Shown here: positions 31,910-43,206 of the stretch, piece by piece
How positions within the stretch are numbered: the stretch's first letter is position 1
Layout: every line of letters starts with the position of its first letter
From: an uncultured Gemmatimonadales bacterium
Lineage (GTDB): Bacteria > Gemmatimonadota > Gemmatimonadetes > Gemmatimonadales > GWC2-71-9
NCBI GenBank assembly: GCA_963821525.1
Contig: CAWGED010000019.1
Span: 352,001-416,000 of the forward strand
Direction of reading: 5' to 3'
DNA: 64,000 nucleotides
Notes under the pieces: generated by a model
Database searches by the model: none
The model's input: the letters and a program-made list of their open reading frames with translations, nothing else
Told to the model about the DNA's origin: nothing
Translations under genes and position numbers: made by a program

Positions 31910-34900
31910 CTACAACACATTACTGGTAAACGGACTGCCGCTGATCTGGCCACCGTCGAGGGTTATGGTGATCGTATCAGCCCCGGCTTGAGCCGGCAAG
32001 TAGGTAGCCGAATAAGTCCCGTTACCGTTGTCGGTGACCGTGGCATTGGCGGAGTTAGCCCCGGTTACCGTCACCTCCACGTCGGACCCCCCGGAGGTCA
32101 GGGCGTTCCCGAACTGATCCCTCGCCTGAATAGTGATAACCGTCTGAACCGAAATGGTGCCATCGGGAACGTTGGCCGTGGATTGGCCGGCGTTCGCCAC
32201 GTCGGGGGTCCCGGTCGCGGTGAAGGTGACGGGACTGCCAGTGAGGCCGCTGGAGGTGGCGCTCAGTGTGTTGGTTCCGGCCGTGGTACCGAGGGTCCAG
32301 CGCGAGACCCCAGCGAGACCGTTAGGGTCCGTCTTCGGATGTTGCCCGGCGACACTACCTCCGCCCGACTCGACTGCGAAATCTACGGTCACATCCTTGA
32401 CCGGGTTTCCGCTCACGTCGGTAACCAGAACGGTGGGCGGGGTAGTCACGTCCTGATCAACCGTGGCAGACTGGTTGTCCCCGGCCTGTGCCACGATCGA
32501 AGCCGGATCACCAGCAACCAGGGAGACAGTGCTGGACGTCGCCCCCGTGAGACCGGAGGAGGTGAAGCTGAGCGTGTGGTTGCCAACCGTCCCGGTAATC
32601 TCGAGGTCTGGGAAGGTGGCCACCCCATTGAAGTCGGTATTCACCGTCAACGTGCTGCCCCCCAATGATCCACCGCCGCTCGCGATAGTCGCCGTGACCT
32701 GCACGCCGTTCTGGCTCACCGGATTGCCCGCCGCGTCCCGCAGCTGAAGCACCGGCTGCCGCGGGAACGCGATTGCGTTCTGGGCGGTACTCGAGGGCTG
32801 GGTCGTAATGGTGAACTGGGCGGGAGCACCGGTGTTTCCGGTGGCGGTGAATGTCACCGGACTGCCGCTCAAACCACCCGATGTTGCCTTCAGGCTATTG
32901 GGCCCTGGGTTATTCCCGAGGGTCCAGCTCGTCACGGCTGCCAACCCGTTCGCGTCGGTCGCCACCGCCGTAGTCGGCACCACGCTTCCGCCGCCCGAGC
33001 CCACCGCGAAGGTCACATTCACTCCGCTCACGGGATTGCCGCTCACGTCGGCCACCACGACCCTGGGCGGGACCGCGACCGGAGTTCCCGCATCAGCGGA
33101 CTGCCCGTCACCGGCGCTCACGTCGATCGTCGCCGCCGCACCCGCCACGATATTGATGGTGGCGGAGGTCACCGAGTTAAGCGTGCCCGAGGTGAACTGC
33201 AGGGTACGATTCCCGATCGTCCCGTTGATCTCGAGATTGCCGAAGGTGGCCAGGCCGCTTGCATTGGTGTTGACCGTTGCCGTCCCGCCGATCGTCCCTC
33301 CTCCGCTCGCGATGGTCGCCGTGACCTGTACGCCGTTCTGGCTTACCGGGTTGCCGGCCGCATCCCGAAGCTGAATCGTCGGCTGCTGCGGGAACGCGAT
33401 GGAGTTTTGAGCCGTGGCCGAGGGCTGGGTTGTGATGCTCAGGTGATTCGCCTGGCCGGCTGTCACACTCATGGAGCCGGAGGTAACGCTCGAGAGGCCG
33501 CTGGAGCTGAAGGTCAGGGTGTGCGCACCAGGAGTACCTGTGATGGCAAGATCGGTAAACGCGGCCTGGCCACTCGCGTTGGTATTGATCGGGAAGGTCC
33601 CGTCCAGCGTGCCGCCGCCCGTCGCTATTGCGGCGTCCACCGAAACGTTGTTCTGACTGACGTTGTTCCCGCTCTGATCCTTGAGCTGGACCACAGGTTG
33701 CGTCGGGAATACCACCCCGCTCTGGACCGAGCTGGAAGGCTGGGTTGTCAGCGCAAGCTGGGTGGCGGCTCCTGCGGTGAGGGTGATCGCCGCGCTGGTG
33801 GCGCTCACGAAGCCGCTGGCCGAGAAGATGAGCGTCCGCGAGCCCACCACGCCGGTAATCGCGAGATCGTTGAAGCTCGCGACGCCGCTGGCGTTGGTGG
33901 TCGCAGTGGTGGTCCCGTTAAGAGTACCTCCACCCGACAGGATGGATGCGCTGACCACCACTCCGGGCTGGTTCACCGGATTGTTGCTTGCATCACGGAG
34001 CTGGATGACCGGCTGCTGAGCGAAGTCCACCCCGTTCTGTGCCGTGGCGCCGGGCTGAGTCTGAATGAACAGCACGCTCCCGCTCCCGGCACCCAGCGCA
34101 ACGGTGTTCGACACTGCCGCAGTCAGACCGGTGCCGCCGAATCTCAGGGTGAAGTTCCCCGCCGGCCCGCTCAGCGTGAGGCCGCTGAAGGTTGCCTCGC
34201 CAGTTGCGTCGGTCGTCGCGACGGTATTGCTGAGCGAGCCGCCAGTGCCCGAGGCGATGGAGGCCGTAATCGAAGTCCCTCCCTGGGAAACCGCATTTCC
34301 TGCCCCGTCGCGCAGCTGGACGACCGGCTGGGTAGCCAGTGCAACTCCACTCGACGCGGTGGGAGGCGGCTGCACCGTGATGGTCACCTGGTTCGCCGGC
34401 CCTGGATTCAGCGTGATCGGGTTACTGGAGACGCCGGTGAGCCCCCCCGCGTCATATTGCAGTGTGTAGCTGCCGACGGTGCCGGTAATCGCCAGGCCGG
34501 CGAAGGTCGCGAGCCCGGCTCCGCTGGTCGTGGCTGTCGCGTTGGTGAGCGTTCCGGTGCCGGACGCGAAGCTGGCCGTAATCGTTGTGCCGGCCTGACT
34601 CACGCTGTTCCCCGCCGCGTCCTGGATCTGGATTCTCGGCTGTACCACGATCGCGACCCCGCTCTGGGCCGTGCCGGACGGTTGCCGGTTCACGCCCAGC
34701 TTGGCCGCCGTACCCGCTGTCAGCGCGATGGTGGTGGAAGTTGCCCCGGTCAGGCCAGTGGCATCGAAGGACAGCGTGTAGTTCCCCACCACACCGCTGA
34801 TCGCAAGATCGGTGAAGCTGGCAATACCCGAGGCATTGGTGGAAACGGTGAGAGTTCCGGTGATCGTGCCGCCCGTGCTCACCGTCGCGGTGATATCCAC

Positions 34901-37900
34901 ATTGGCCTGCGAGACATTATTTCCGTTGCCATCGCGCAGCCGCACCACGGGCTGGGTGGCGATGTCGATGCCGCTCTGCGCCGTGGCACTGGGCTGGGTC
35001 GTGATCGCAAGCTGGGTCGCCGACCCGGTCGTTCCGGTCGCAGTAAAGGTGAGCGGCGATCCGCTGAGTCCAGCCGACGTTGCTGTCAGGGTATTGGGCC
35101 CGGCAGTCGCTCCCAATGTCCAGCTTCCCACCGTGGCGATTCCGCTCGCGTTCGTGGTGGCATTCCCGCCGGTGATGCTCCCGCCACCTGTGGCGACCGC
35201 GAAGGTGACACTGCGACCCGCAACCGGATTGCCAGCCGCGTCAGTGACCAGTACTGCCGGATCAATCGGAACCGCCGTGCCCACCGGTGCGCTCTGCGCA
35301 TCACCCGCGCTCGTGGCGATCGTGGCGGCGGCACCGGCCGACAGGGCGATGTTCCCGGACGTCACCGATGTGAGCCCGGTCGAATGGAAGGTGAGGGTGT
35401 AGCCGCCGACCAATCCGCTGATCGAAAGTCCGCTGAAGGTGGCGACGCCGCTCGCGTTGGTCGTTGCGCTTGCAGTTCCACCCAGAGTTCCGCCGCTCGC
35501 CGTTACGGTTACCGAGACACCGGCCTGGCTCACCGCGTTGCCATTCGCGTCACGAAGCTGAATCACCGGCTGCGCCGCGAATACCGCTCCGCTCTGGGCG
35601 GTGCTCGACGGCTGAGTCGTAATGGAGAGTTGCGTCGCGCCGGAGGCGGTACCGGTGGCGTTGAAGCTCACCGGATTTCCCGGAGATGCCACTCCCGGTG
35701 GCGGTGGCGGTAACGGTGTTCGTGCCGGCGAGAGGTCCAAGGGTCCAGTCGCTCACCGTGGCAACGCCGGAGGCATTCGTAGTCTGCGTCGGCCCGCTCA
35801 GGCTTCCACCGCCCTGAGTAATGGCGAAGGTGACGGTCACACCGGCGACTGGATTCCCGGCTCCATCCTTGACCACAACCGACGGCGCCGAGGTGACCGG
35901 CGTTCCTACCGGCGCCGATTGACTCACCGGAGAGGCGGCGGCGATCTGGGCGGCGTTCCCGGCAACGACGTTGAAGGTCGAGCTGGTGTCCGACGTGAGG
36001 TTGCTTGCGGCGAAGAGCAGCGTGCGAGGGCCCACCAGCCCGCTGACCGCAAGGTTGGTGAAGGTCACCGAGCTACCGCCACCGGTACTGATACTGGTGG
36101 TGCCACCCAGGGTGCCCCCGCCGCTGCGCAACGTCGCCAGGATCGTCTTGGCAACGGACGCCGGATTACCCGCCGCGTCCTGGATCTGGACCACAGGCTG
36201 CTGCGGGAAGGCGATGCCGCTCTGCACCTGGGTCGAGGGCTGGGTAGTCACGACCAGCTGGGCGGGCGCGCCGGCGCTCAGCGAAATGTTGCTGGAAGTG
36301 ACGCCGGTGAGACTCGCCCCGCTGAAAGTCAGGGTGTAATTCCCGATCGTTCCGGTGATCGAGAGGTTGGTGAACGTGGCTACACCATTCACGGTAGCGA
36401 CCGTCGTGTTGCCGTTAAGCGTGCCGGCGCTCACGTCGGCGCTGATCGCGACACCATTGAGCTGCAGATTATTGCCGTTCTGATCCTGCAACTGGATCGC
36501 CGGCTGCTGCGCGATCCGGGCCCCGCTCTGGGCAGTGCTCGACGGCTGGGTCTTGATGGCAAGCTTGCCGGCGCTGCCCGCCGTGCCGGTGGCGTGGAAC
36601 GTCACAGGCGAACCGGACAAGCCTGCCGACGTAGCAGTCAGCGTATTGGGTCCGGCGATCGAACCCAGAGTCCAGCCGCCCACCTCGGCGATGCCGCTCG
36701 CATCGGTGACCGCGTTGGCACCACCGATTGAGCCGCCACCGGTCGCCACCGCGAAGGTGACCGCCACACCCGCCACTGGATTGCCGCCGCCATCGGTGAC
36801 CAGCACCGCGGGATCCACTGCGACCTGGGAACCGGCGGTCGCGGTCTGGTTGTCACCCGCCTGAATCGCCAGCGTGGCCGCAGCACCCCCGGTGAGCGCG
36901 ACATTGGCGCTGACCTTGGTAAGCCCCGTTGCTGAGAAGTCGAGAACCCGCGGACCCGCGGTTCCGCTGATCGCGAGATCGGTGAAGGTGGCGAGACCCT
37001 GAGCATTGGTCGTCTTGGTCGCAATGCCGGTCAGAGTGCCACCGCCAGTTGCAATGCCTGCGGTGACCGAAACGCCAGTTGAGCTGACGGGATTACCGGC
37101 AACGTCCGCCACCTGAATAGCGGGTTGCTGAGCGAACGGCACCCCGCTCTGCGCCGAGCTGGAGGGCTGCGTCGCGACAATGAGACGAGCCGCCGCTCCC
37201 GCGGATAGTGCGATGGACCCGGATACCGCCGAGGTGAGCCCCGACGCTGTGAAGGTCAGCGTGTAGGAGCCTACCGGGCCCGAGAGAGCGAGGCCGCTGA
37301 AGGTCGCCGTGCCATTCGCGTTGGTGCTTACCGTCAGAGTCCCCGCCAGGGTCGCGCCCCCACCCGTCACCGAGACCGTCACCTGCTTCCCGCCCTGGGC
37401 CACGGGATTCCCCAGCGCATCCTGCAGCTGAATGACCGGCTGAACCGCGAGCACTACTCCGTTCTGCGCCGAGGTCGAAGGCTGGGTGGACATTGCCAGC
37501 TTGCTCGCAGCACCGGCCTGACCAGTGGCATTGAAGAAGACGGGACTGCCGGTGAGCGGGTTGTTGCTTACATCCAGAGCGCTCGCGGCGACGCTGTTGT
37601 TGCCAGCGGTGGGCCCCAGCGTCCAATCGCTCAATGTGGCAAGGCCCGAGGAGTTGGTCGCGATCGTTGTTACGGTACCGCTGGCAGTGCCATCCGACAC
37701 GGTGCCGCCACCGGCGGTGACCGTGAAGGTGACCGTCTCGCCCTGGACCGGGTTGCCGTTCGCATCCGTGACCTTCACTGAGGGAGGTGCGCCCACCGGT
37801 GATCCGGCCGGGCCTGACTGGGTCACAGTGGAGACGGCAACGATCTTGGTTGGCTGAGCAGCCGTTGCGGTGGCCGTGAAGGTGACCGGCGTCAGGTTGG

Positions 37901-38928
37901 CGGAGGCGGCGTTGACGGTGTTGGTGCCGGCGGTCGGCCCGAGCGTCCACCGAGTAAAGGCCTTGCCATCGGTGTCGGTAATGCTGGTGGTCGGATTCAC
38001 CGTGCCGCCACCGGTCGCGATGGTCCAGAGAACCGTCTTGCCTGCAACACCGTTCCCGTTCGCGTCCTTGACGATGACGACGATGGAATCAGTCAGCTCG
38101 AGCCCGACCAGCCCGAACTGTCCGTCGGTGACGGGATCCTTGACCATCGTGGTCGCGGAGCCAGCGGAGGCGGTGTGGGTGAAGACGAGCGGCGATCCGT
38201 TGAGTCCCGCGGCATCGGCCTCGGCGCTTTGGGGACCGGCGGTGTTGCCCAGCACTCGCTGGACCGCGGCCTGTCCGTTGGCGCCGGTGTTCACGGTCGC
38301 CGCGCTGACCGTACCACCGCCAAGCGCACTCCAGCCAACGGAGAAACCGGAGACGGGATTGCCGAACTGGTCGGTGACTTTCGCAACGAGTGAATCGGCC
38401 AGCGCGGTGCCGACCTGGCCGGTCTGCTGATCGCCTTTTACTGCGGTGATGGTTGCAGCTGGACCTGCGAGCGCGGTGGCGTGAAAGGCTGCCTGATTGG
38501 GTTGCCGGCATTAGATCTTACCTCAGCCTCGACGTCCTGATTCCCATGCAGTATGGCCCAGTACCCACCTGGATCGTGCACGGCCATCGTCGTCTGTCTG
38601 AACGGTGTCGGGGATCAGGTCGGCGCCGGCATTAGCGCGCCACGAGCTCGAAACACCACCGGCGTAGTCGCGACGGGACCGCATCGTTTCGAGTTGGTGA
38701 CTACGGACGATCAGCGAATCGGCGAGGGGGGTCCCGACGACGCCCGTCTGATCGATCGCCCCCAATCACATCGATGTTCGCCGGCCCAAGATCGCCAGGC
38801 AGGGAAAGGCTGTCCTTCGTGCATTGGAGCGACGCCACTCCAAGCCCGAGCAGGCCAACCCATCCAAGCAGACGAGCCGATTTGTTCACAGGGGCAGAAT
38901 GGTGACCATGGTCACGAAGGGATGGCAT
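31910..38928 (-). CDS. giant Ig-like repeat surface lipoprotein/adhesin (~2,300 aa), frameshifts near 35675 and 38500-38770
   Basis: ORFs 31910..35740, 35550..38294, 38523..38765 and 38701..38928 continue one repeat series; N-terminal SLQC lipobox-like; C-terminal DNGNGTYSATY...GSPF. Confidence 0.8.
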
Positions 38929-39075
38929 TCCATATGCCGCCCCGGGGAGGACTATCGTAGCCGGAAGTGTCTTTTAACGCTAGGACTTACGAGTTTGGTT
39001 GGGGGCTGACTGTAGCGGAACCGCTACACCGGCCACGAGCCGACGCAGCGGCCCGTGACCGGTCCTCGATCGCGG

Positions 39076-39681
39076 TCAGTGGAAGGTGATGGCAAGGCCC
39101 ATGTTGAGCATCCGTTCTTCCTGGATGTCGTAGTAGTGGTCCACGAAGTCCACACTCGGCGTAATCGAGACGTCCTTCGCGATCCGGACGTCGTACCCTA
39201 TGCCTGCCACAAAGCCCCAGCCATTCCGCTCAGTTTGGATAGGAGTCGGCGGCGAGTAGTAGAGGCGGAGGTCATCTCGGGTCCACCCTGCCCCACCCTT
39301 GAGAAAGAATCCCCCCCGTGCCACGGGATAGAGCTGTCCGATGATCATGATGCTACCGAGCATGCGCCGATACTGAGGGAACTCGTGGATCCAGAGCTGC
39401 CCTTCCCCGCCGATCGTGAGATTCTGGCCCACGGTGAGTCCGGCCTTACCGGACACCACCCCGCCCCAGATGCCGTTGGCCCAGCCGAGACCGTCATAAG
39501 CATTGAATGACTCAACACCCGCGCCGGCGCCAAGGGAGGCCCAGATTCCCGAGCGGCGGTTGGGATTGTTGTCGGACTCCTTCACTTCGCGAAGGCCGCA
39601 TTGGCACTCGTGCTGGGCCGAGAGCGGGGCCGTCATGGTGCCGAACAGGACGGCCATGATGATCAGTCGAAGCCACCGCAT
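39076..39681 (-). CDS. outer membrane beta-barrel protein
   Basis: Signal peptide, alternating beta strands, FFLKGGAG, GIGYDVRI, ends ITFH. Confidence 0.75.
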   Translation of the reverse strand: MRWLRLIIMAVLFGTMTAPLSAQHECQCGLREVKESDNNPNRRSGIWASLGAGAGVESFNAYDGLGWANGIWGGVVSGKAGLTVGQNLTIGGEGQLWIHEFPQYRRMLGSIMIIGQLYPVARGGFFLKGGAGWTRDDLRLYYSPPTPIQTERNGWGFVAGIGYDVRIAKDVSITPSVDFVDHYYDIQEERMLNMGLAITFH

Positions 39682-39683
39682 GA

Positions 39684-40430
39684 CTATTCCTCCGAGAGTA
39701 ATTGGTCGAGATCGCTCTCATGGCCTGACCAGGTGATCATCAGGCCAACGTTCAACAGTTTTCCGTGATAGGTCCGATCGCCGGCGAGGGTGAAGTGTTG
39801 CCATTCGACGATCGGCGAAATCACCAGCTCGCGATTCATCCGAATGTCCCAGCCGGCTCCTACCACGTAGGCCACACCGACATCGAGCGTCGCCAGCTCA
39901 TCGTAGGCCATGTCGTACACGCTATAGGTCGCCAAACCCGCGCCTACTTTGAGAAACGGTCCCACGGCTCCGAGGGGATGGAGCCGCGCAATCGCGAGCA
40001 GAGACTGCAAGGCTCCGATGAAGTCCTCCTGGAAATCACCGAGCCAGCCGACATACTCGAGCCCGAGTCCAGCGTGCTGGTTGAATCGCCGGCCGACCTC
40101 GGCCGTCAGGGTTGCGCCAGTGGAGCCGGGCCCGTACGTCTTGCGCACACCCGGATAGCGGAGGGCCCGGCTCCCGGCTCCCAGTGCGATCGATTCCCAC
40201 CACACCGGCTTCGCTCGATCCCGGATCTCGCGCAGATAGGGATTGGGTCCGGACTCCATTTGCCCGCGGGAGCGGCGCAGCAGCGTGTCAGGGACTTCCT
40301 CCTCCAGGTCGCTCGAGTCCGGCAGCATGGAATCGGCGACCCATTCCGGGTCCTGCGGATCCTGAGCGCGGAGCGCGGTGCTCAGCAGCGGCATCAGCAT
40401 TGTCAGAGCGAGCGCGCATCCATGCCGCAT
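39684..40430 (-). CDS. outer membrane beta-barrel protein
   Basis: Signal peptide, PFLKVGAG, GAGWDIRM, LLNVGLMITW; paralog of the neighbouring gene. Confidence 0.7.
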   Translation of the reverse strand: MRHGCALALTMLMPLLSTALRAQDPQDPEWVADSMLPDSSDLEEEVPDTLLRRSRGQMESGPNPYLREIRDRAKPVWWESIALGAGSRALRYPGVRKTYGPGSTGATLTAEVGRRFNQHAGLGLEYVGWLGDFQEDFIGALQSLLAIARLHPLGAVGPFLKVGAGLATYSVYDMAYDELATLDVGVAYVVGAGWDIRMNRELVISPIVEWQHFTLAGDRTYHGKLLNVGLMITWSGHESDLDQLLSEE

Positions 40431-40603
40431 CGGCTGACTCCGGTCGTGTATCTTTGTCGGCGTTGACTGACGGACCTTCACGACGCCCTCGGGCAAGCGA
40501 TGGGCCTGCCTGAGGGCCTCCAGCTAACTCTTGATCTGTCGTTGCGTTAGCGGCCTCAATCACCAACCGTGGCCGCAATTCATGTCCTCCCGCTCAGACA
40601 CGC

Positions 40604-41311
40604 ATGTCCCTCTCGATGACGCGTCGCTCACGACTTGCCTTCCTCGCGTGCGCTCTGCTCGCGGGGCTCATCTGCGCCCGACTCGGCTTCTGGCAACTGA
40701 GCCGGCTGCGGGAGCGCCGGGCCAGCAACGCGCGGATCCTGGCGAGCCGGGAACTTCCCCCGATTGACCTCGACCATGGTGCGCCCGACAGTGTGGCGAT
40801 CAATCGGATAGTGCGAGCCAGCGGGAGCTACGATTTCAACACGGAATTCGTGATTCGGCGGCAGTCGATGGAGGGGGTGCCTGCGGTGCGAGTGGTGACC
40901 CCGTTGCGACCGGCCTCGGGGGACACGGCGGTGCTGGTGATTCGGGGTATCGTGCCGTCAGCAGATGCGACAACCATAGAGGTGGACAGCCTTCGGGAGC
41001 CGGGACCGCAACGGGTCGAAGGAATAGCCCTCGCGATTACCACGGAGCCCGGCGGCGGAGAGCCTCTGGAAACAAACGGCCGAACCACCTGGAGCCGGCT
41101 GGATCTCGCAGCTATCCGGAAGGCGCTGCCCTACCCTGTCCGCGGCCTGGCGATCCTGCAACGCCCCGACTCGCTCCTTCCCACCTTCCCTCGTCGCATC
41201 GAACCCACTCTACTCGACGACGGGCCGCACCTGAGTTATGCGGTGCAGTGGTTTTCGTTTGGTCTCATTGCAGTTGTAGGCGGGATCGTACTGACGAGTA
41301 GAAAGGACTGA
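40604..41311 (+). CDS. SURF1 family protein
   Basis: LGFWQLSR, VVTPL, VLVIRG.VP, HLSYAVQWF. Confidence 0.92.
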   Translation: MSLSMTRRSRLAFLACALLAGLICARLGFWQLSRLRERRASNARILASRELPPIDLDHGAPDSVAINRIVRASGSYDFNTEFVIRRQSMEGVPAVRVVTPLRPASGDTAVLVIRGIVPSADATTIEVDSLREPGPQRVEGIALAITTEPGGGEPLETNGRTTWSRLDLAAIRKALPYPVRGLAILQRPDSLLPTFPRRIEPTLLDDGPHLSYAVQWFSFGLIAVVGGIVLTSRKD

Positions 41312-41385
41312 GGAGCAAGGAGTAGAAGTAAGAGTCACGACTGGGGGTGAAAGCTAGACCGGAAAAGGGTGCCTGCTCTAGCACC

Positions 41386-41431
41386 TCATCCCGAGGACAC
41401 CCCGAGCGAAGCGAGGGGGTCCGAGGGATCC
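41386..41431. repeat. nested REP-like palindrome
   Basis: tcatcccgag[gacaccccgagcgaagcgagggggtc]cgagggatcc. Confidence 0.75.
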
Positions 41432-41488
41432 AGCCTTCTCATTCACTGTTCGCCCGTTCACCCCACAGTCCTGAGTCCTCTCAACCCC

Positions 41489-42754
41489 TCACTGACTCGT
41501 CCGCGCCCCTCCATCCAACTCTTCGATCGTCTTCGTCGACGGCTCCCTCTCCTTCTGATCCTTCTTCGCCACCGCTTCGGCCTGACGCAGGACCCGGAGA
41601 ACGTTCTCGCCCGCCAGCTTCTTGAGATCCGCGTCGCTCCAGCCCCGGCGAATCAGCTCGGCGAAGAGGGCCGGGAATTTCGAGACGTCTTCGAGTCCGT
41701 CCGGGCCGGCGTCAATGCCGTCGAAATCGCTGCCGATGCCGACGTGATCCACTCCCGCCACCTGCCGCACATGTTCGATGTGGTCGGCCACCTGGGCGAG
41801 CGTCGCATGGGGGACCGGGTGACTGGCGCTGTATTCCCGCGCAATCCGCCGCCGTTCCGTGGTGTCCGTCACGTCCTTGAGCAGGGTGTCGATGGCCTGT
41901 CCATTGGCCGTCTCCCCCTCCCGCACAGCGCTTGAGACGAAGCCAGGCACGAAGGTGACCATCACGACTCCGCCGTTCTGGGGCAATCTCGCGAGAATCG
42001 AATCCGGAACGTTGCGAGGGAAGTCCACCAGCGCACGGCAGGAGGAGTGGGAGAAGATCACCGGAGCTTCCGCAACGTTGAGCGCATCGCTCATCACACC
42101 GGGTGACACGTGGGACAGGTCCACCAGCATGCCCAGTCGGTTCATCTCGTGGACCACTTCCTCGCCGAAGCGAGTTAGGCCATCGTGGCGCGCACTGTCC
42201 AGCGCGGCGTCGGCCCAGTCCAGCGTCACGTTGTGGGTCAGGGTCATGTACCGAGCACCCAGGTCGTAATAGGACCGAAGCGCACCGAGGGAATTCTCGA
42301 TCGCGTGGCCGCCCTCCATGCCGAGCAGGGACGCGATCTTCTTCTGCTTCTTCGCGTTTACGATGTCGTCGGCGGTGAGGGCGAGCATCAGACGATCGGG
42401 ATAGCGGGCAATCATCCGGCGCGCGATGTCGAACTGCTCGAGCTGCACCCGGGCGAACCCGCTGTCCTTGATCTCCCCGGGGATATAGATGGACCAGAAC
42501 TGTGCTCCGACCCGACCCTCGGCGAGGCGCGCGAGATCGGTCATTCCTTTGCGCGGAGTACGGAGGTCATACGCCGCAACGTCGCGGGGAGCGCCTTCGG
42601 CGGTTCGGATTTCCCAGGGGAGGTCGTTATGCCCGTCGATCAGTATGGTCTGCTCGAGCAGTTTCTTCGCATGAGCGAGCTGCGCGTCGGTCTGGGCCAT
42701 GAGGGGAGAGACGAATAGTGAGGTCAGCGTGAGGAACGACAAGCGTAAGCCCAT
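41489..42754 (-). CDS. membrane dipeptidase (peptidase M19)
   Basis: IDGHNDLP, GAQFWS, GMEGGH, YMTLTH, DLSHVS, SHS...RNVPD, GIGSDFDG. Confidence 0.93.
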   Translation of the reverse strand: MGLRLSFLTLTSLFVSPLMAQTDAQLAHAKKLLEQTILIDGHNDLPWEIRTAEGAPRDVAAYDLRTPRKGMTDLARLAEGRVGAQFWSIYIPGEIKDSGFARVQLEQFDIARRMIARYPDRLMLALTADDIVNAKKQKKIASLLGMEGGHAIENSLGALRSYYDLGARYMTLTHNVTLDWADAALDSARHDGLTRFGEEVVHEMNRLGMLVDLSHVSPGVMSDALNVAEAPVIFSHSSCRALVDFPRNVPDSILARLPQNGGVVMVTFVPGFVSSAVREGETANGQAIDTLLKDVTDTTERRRIAREYSASHPVPHATLAQVADHIEHVRQVAGVDHVGIGSDFDGIDAGPDGLEDVSKFPALFAELIRRGWSDADLKKLAGENVLRVLRQAEAVAKKDQKEREPSTKTIEELDGGARTSQ

Positions 42755-42781
42755 GAGTTCTCCTGAAGGATGGACAATCAG

Positions 42782-43204
42782 TCACGTCTGATTTGCCTGC
42801 TCCCTGCTCTCAATTACCTGTTGGCTACCTGCCGCTTCGCCCGGCGTCCGATGCCCTGGATCTGCACCACGCCTCGTGCCGGGGAGGAATTCCGGACAGA
42901 TGCTCTGGTCGAACTCATAGGGCCCGCCGTGCTCCGCATCGATCCAGGGAAATCCCCGGCACACTGCGGGGTAGGAAGGGTCGCCGTGAACGATGCAGAC
43001 GTTGTTCTCGAGGAAGACGCAGCGTCCTCCCCGCACTCGAGTGCGCCACTCACCCCAGCGAGTCTGGTAAAGCCGGTCTGCCCCGAATCGCTCGCTCAGG
43101 TCCTGGGCCTCGTCATCCGTCAGTGTCGTCCCATAGGCGCAGCAGGCCGACCCGTGAGGGCAGGGGTAACAGGGCAGCGGCCGCAGGTCCTCGGTCATGG
43201 TCAA
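42782..43204 (-). CDS. YkgJ-like cysteine-cluster (Zn/Fe-S) protein
   Basis: CYPC....ACC, CVFL...C.VH...P.VC..FP. Confidence 0.75.
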   Translation of the reverse strand: MTMTEDLRPLPCYPCPHGSACCAYGTTLTDDEAQDLSERFGADRLYQTRWGEWRTRVRGGRCVFLENNVCIVHGDPSYPAVCRGFPWIDAEHGGPYEFDQSICPEFLPGTRRGADPGHRTPGEAAGSQQVIESREQANQT

Positions 43205-43206
43205 GG

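Noticed and set aside
31910..38928. Diversity-generating retroelement or DNA-level tandem duplication in the Ig gene
   Set aside because: Repeats are diverged at the DNA level; I saw no template/variable repeat pair and no reverse transcriptase.
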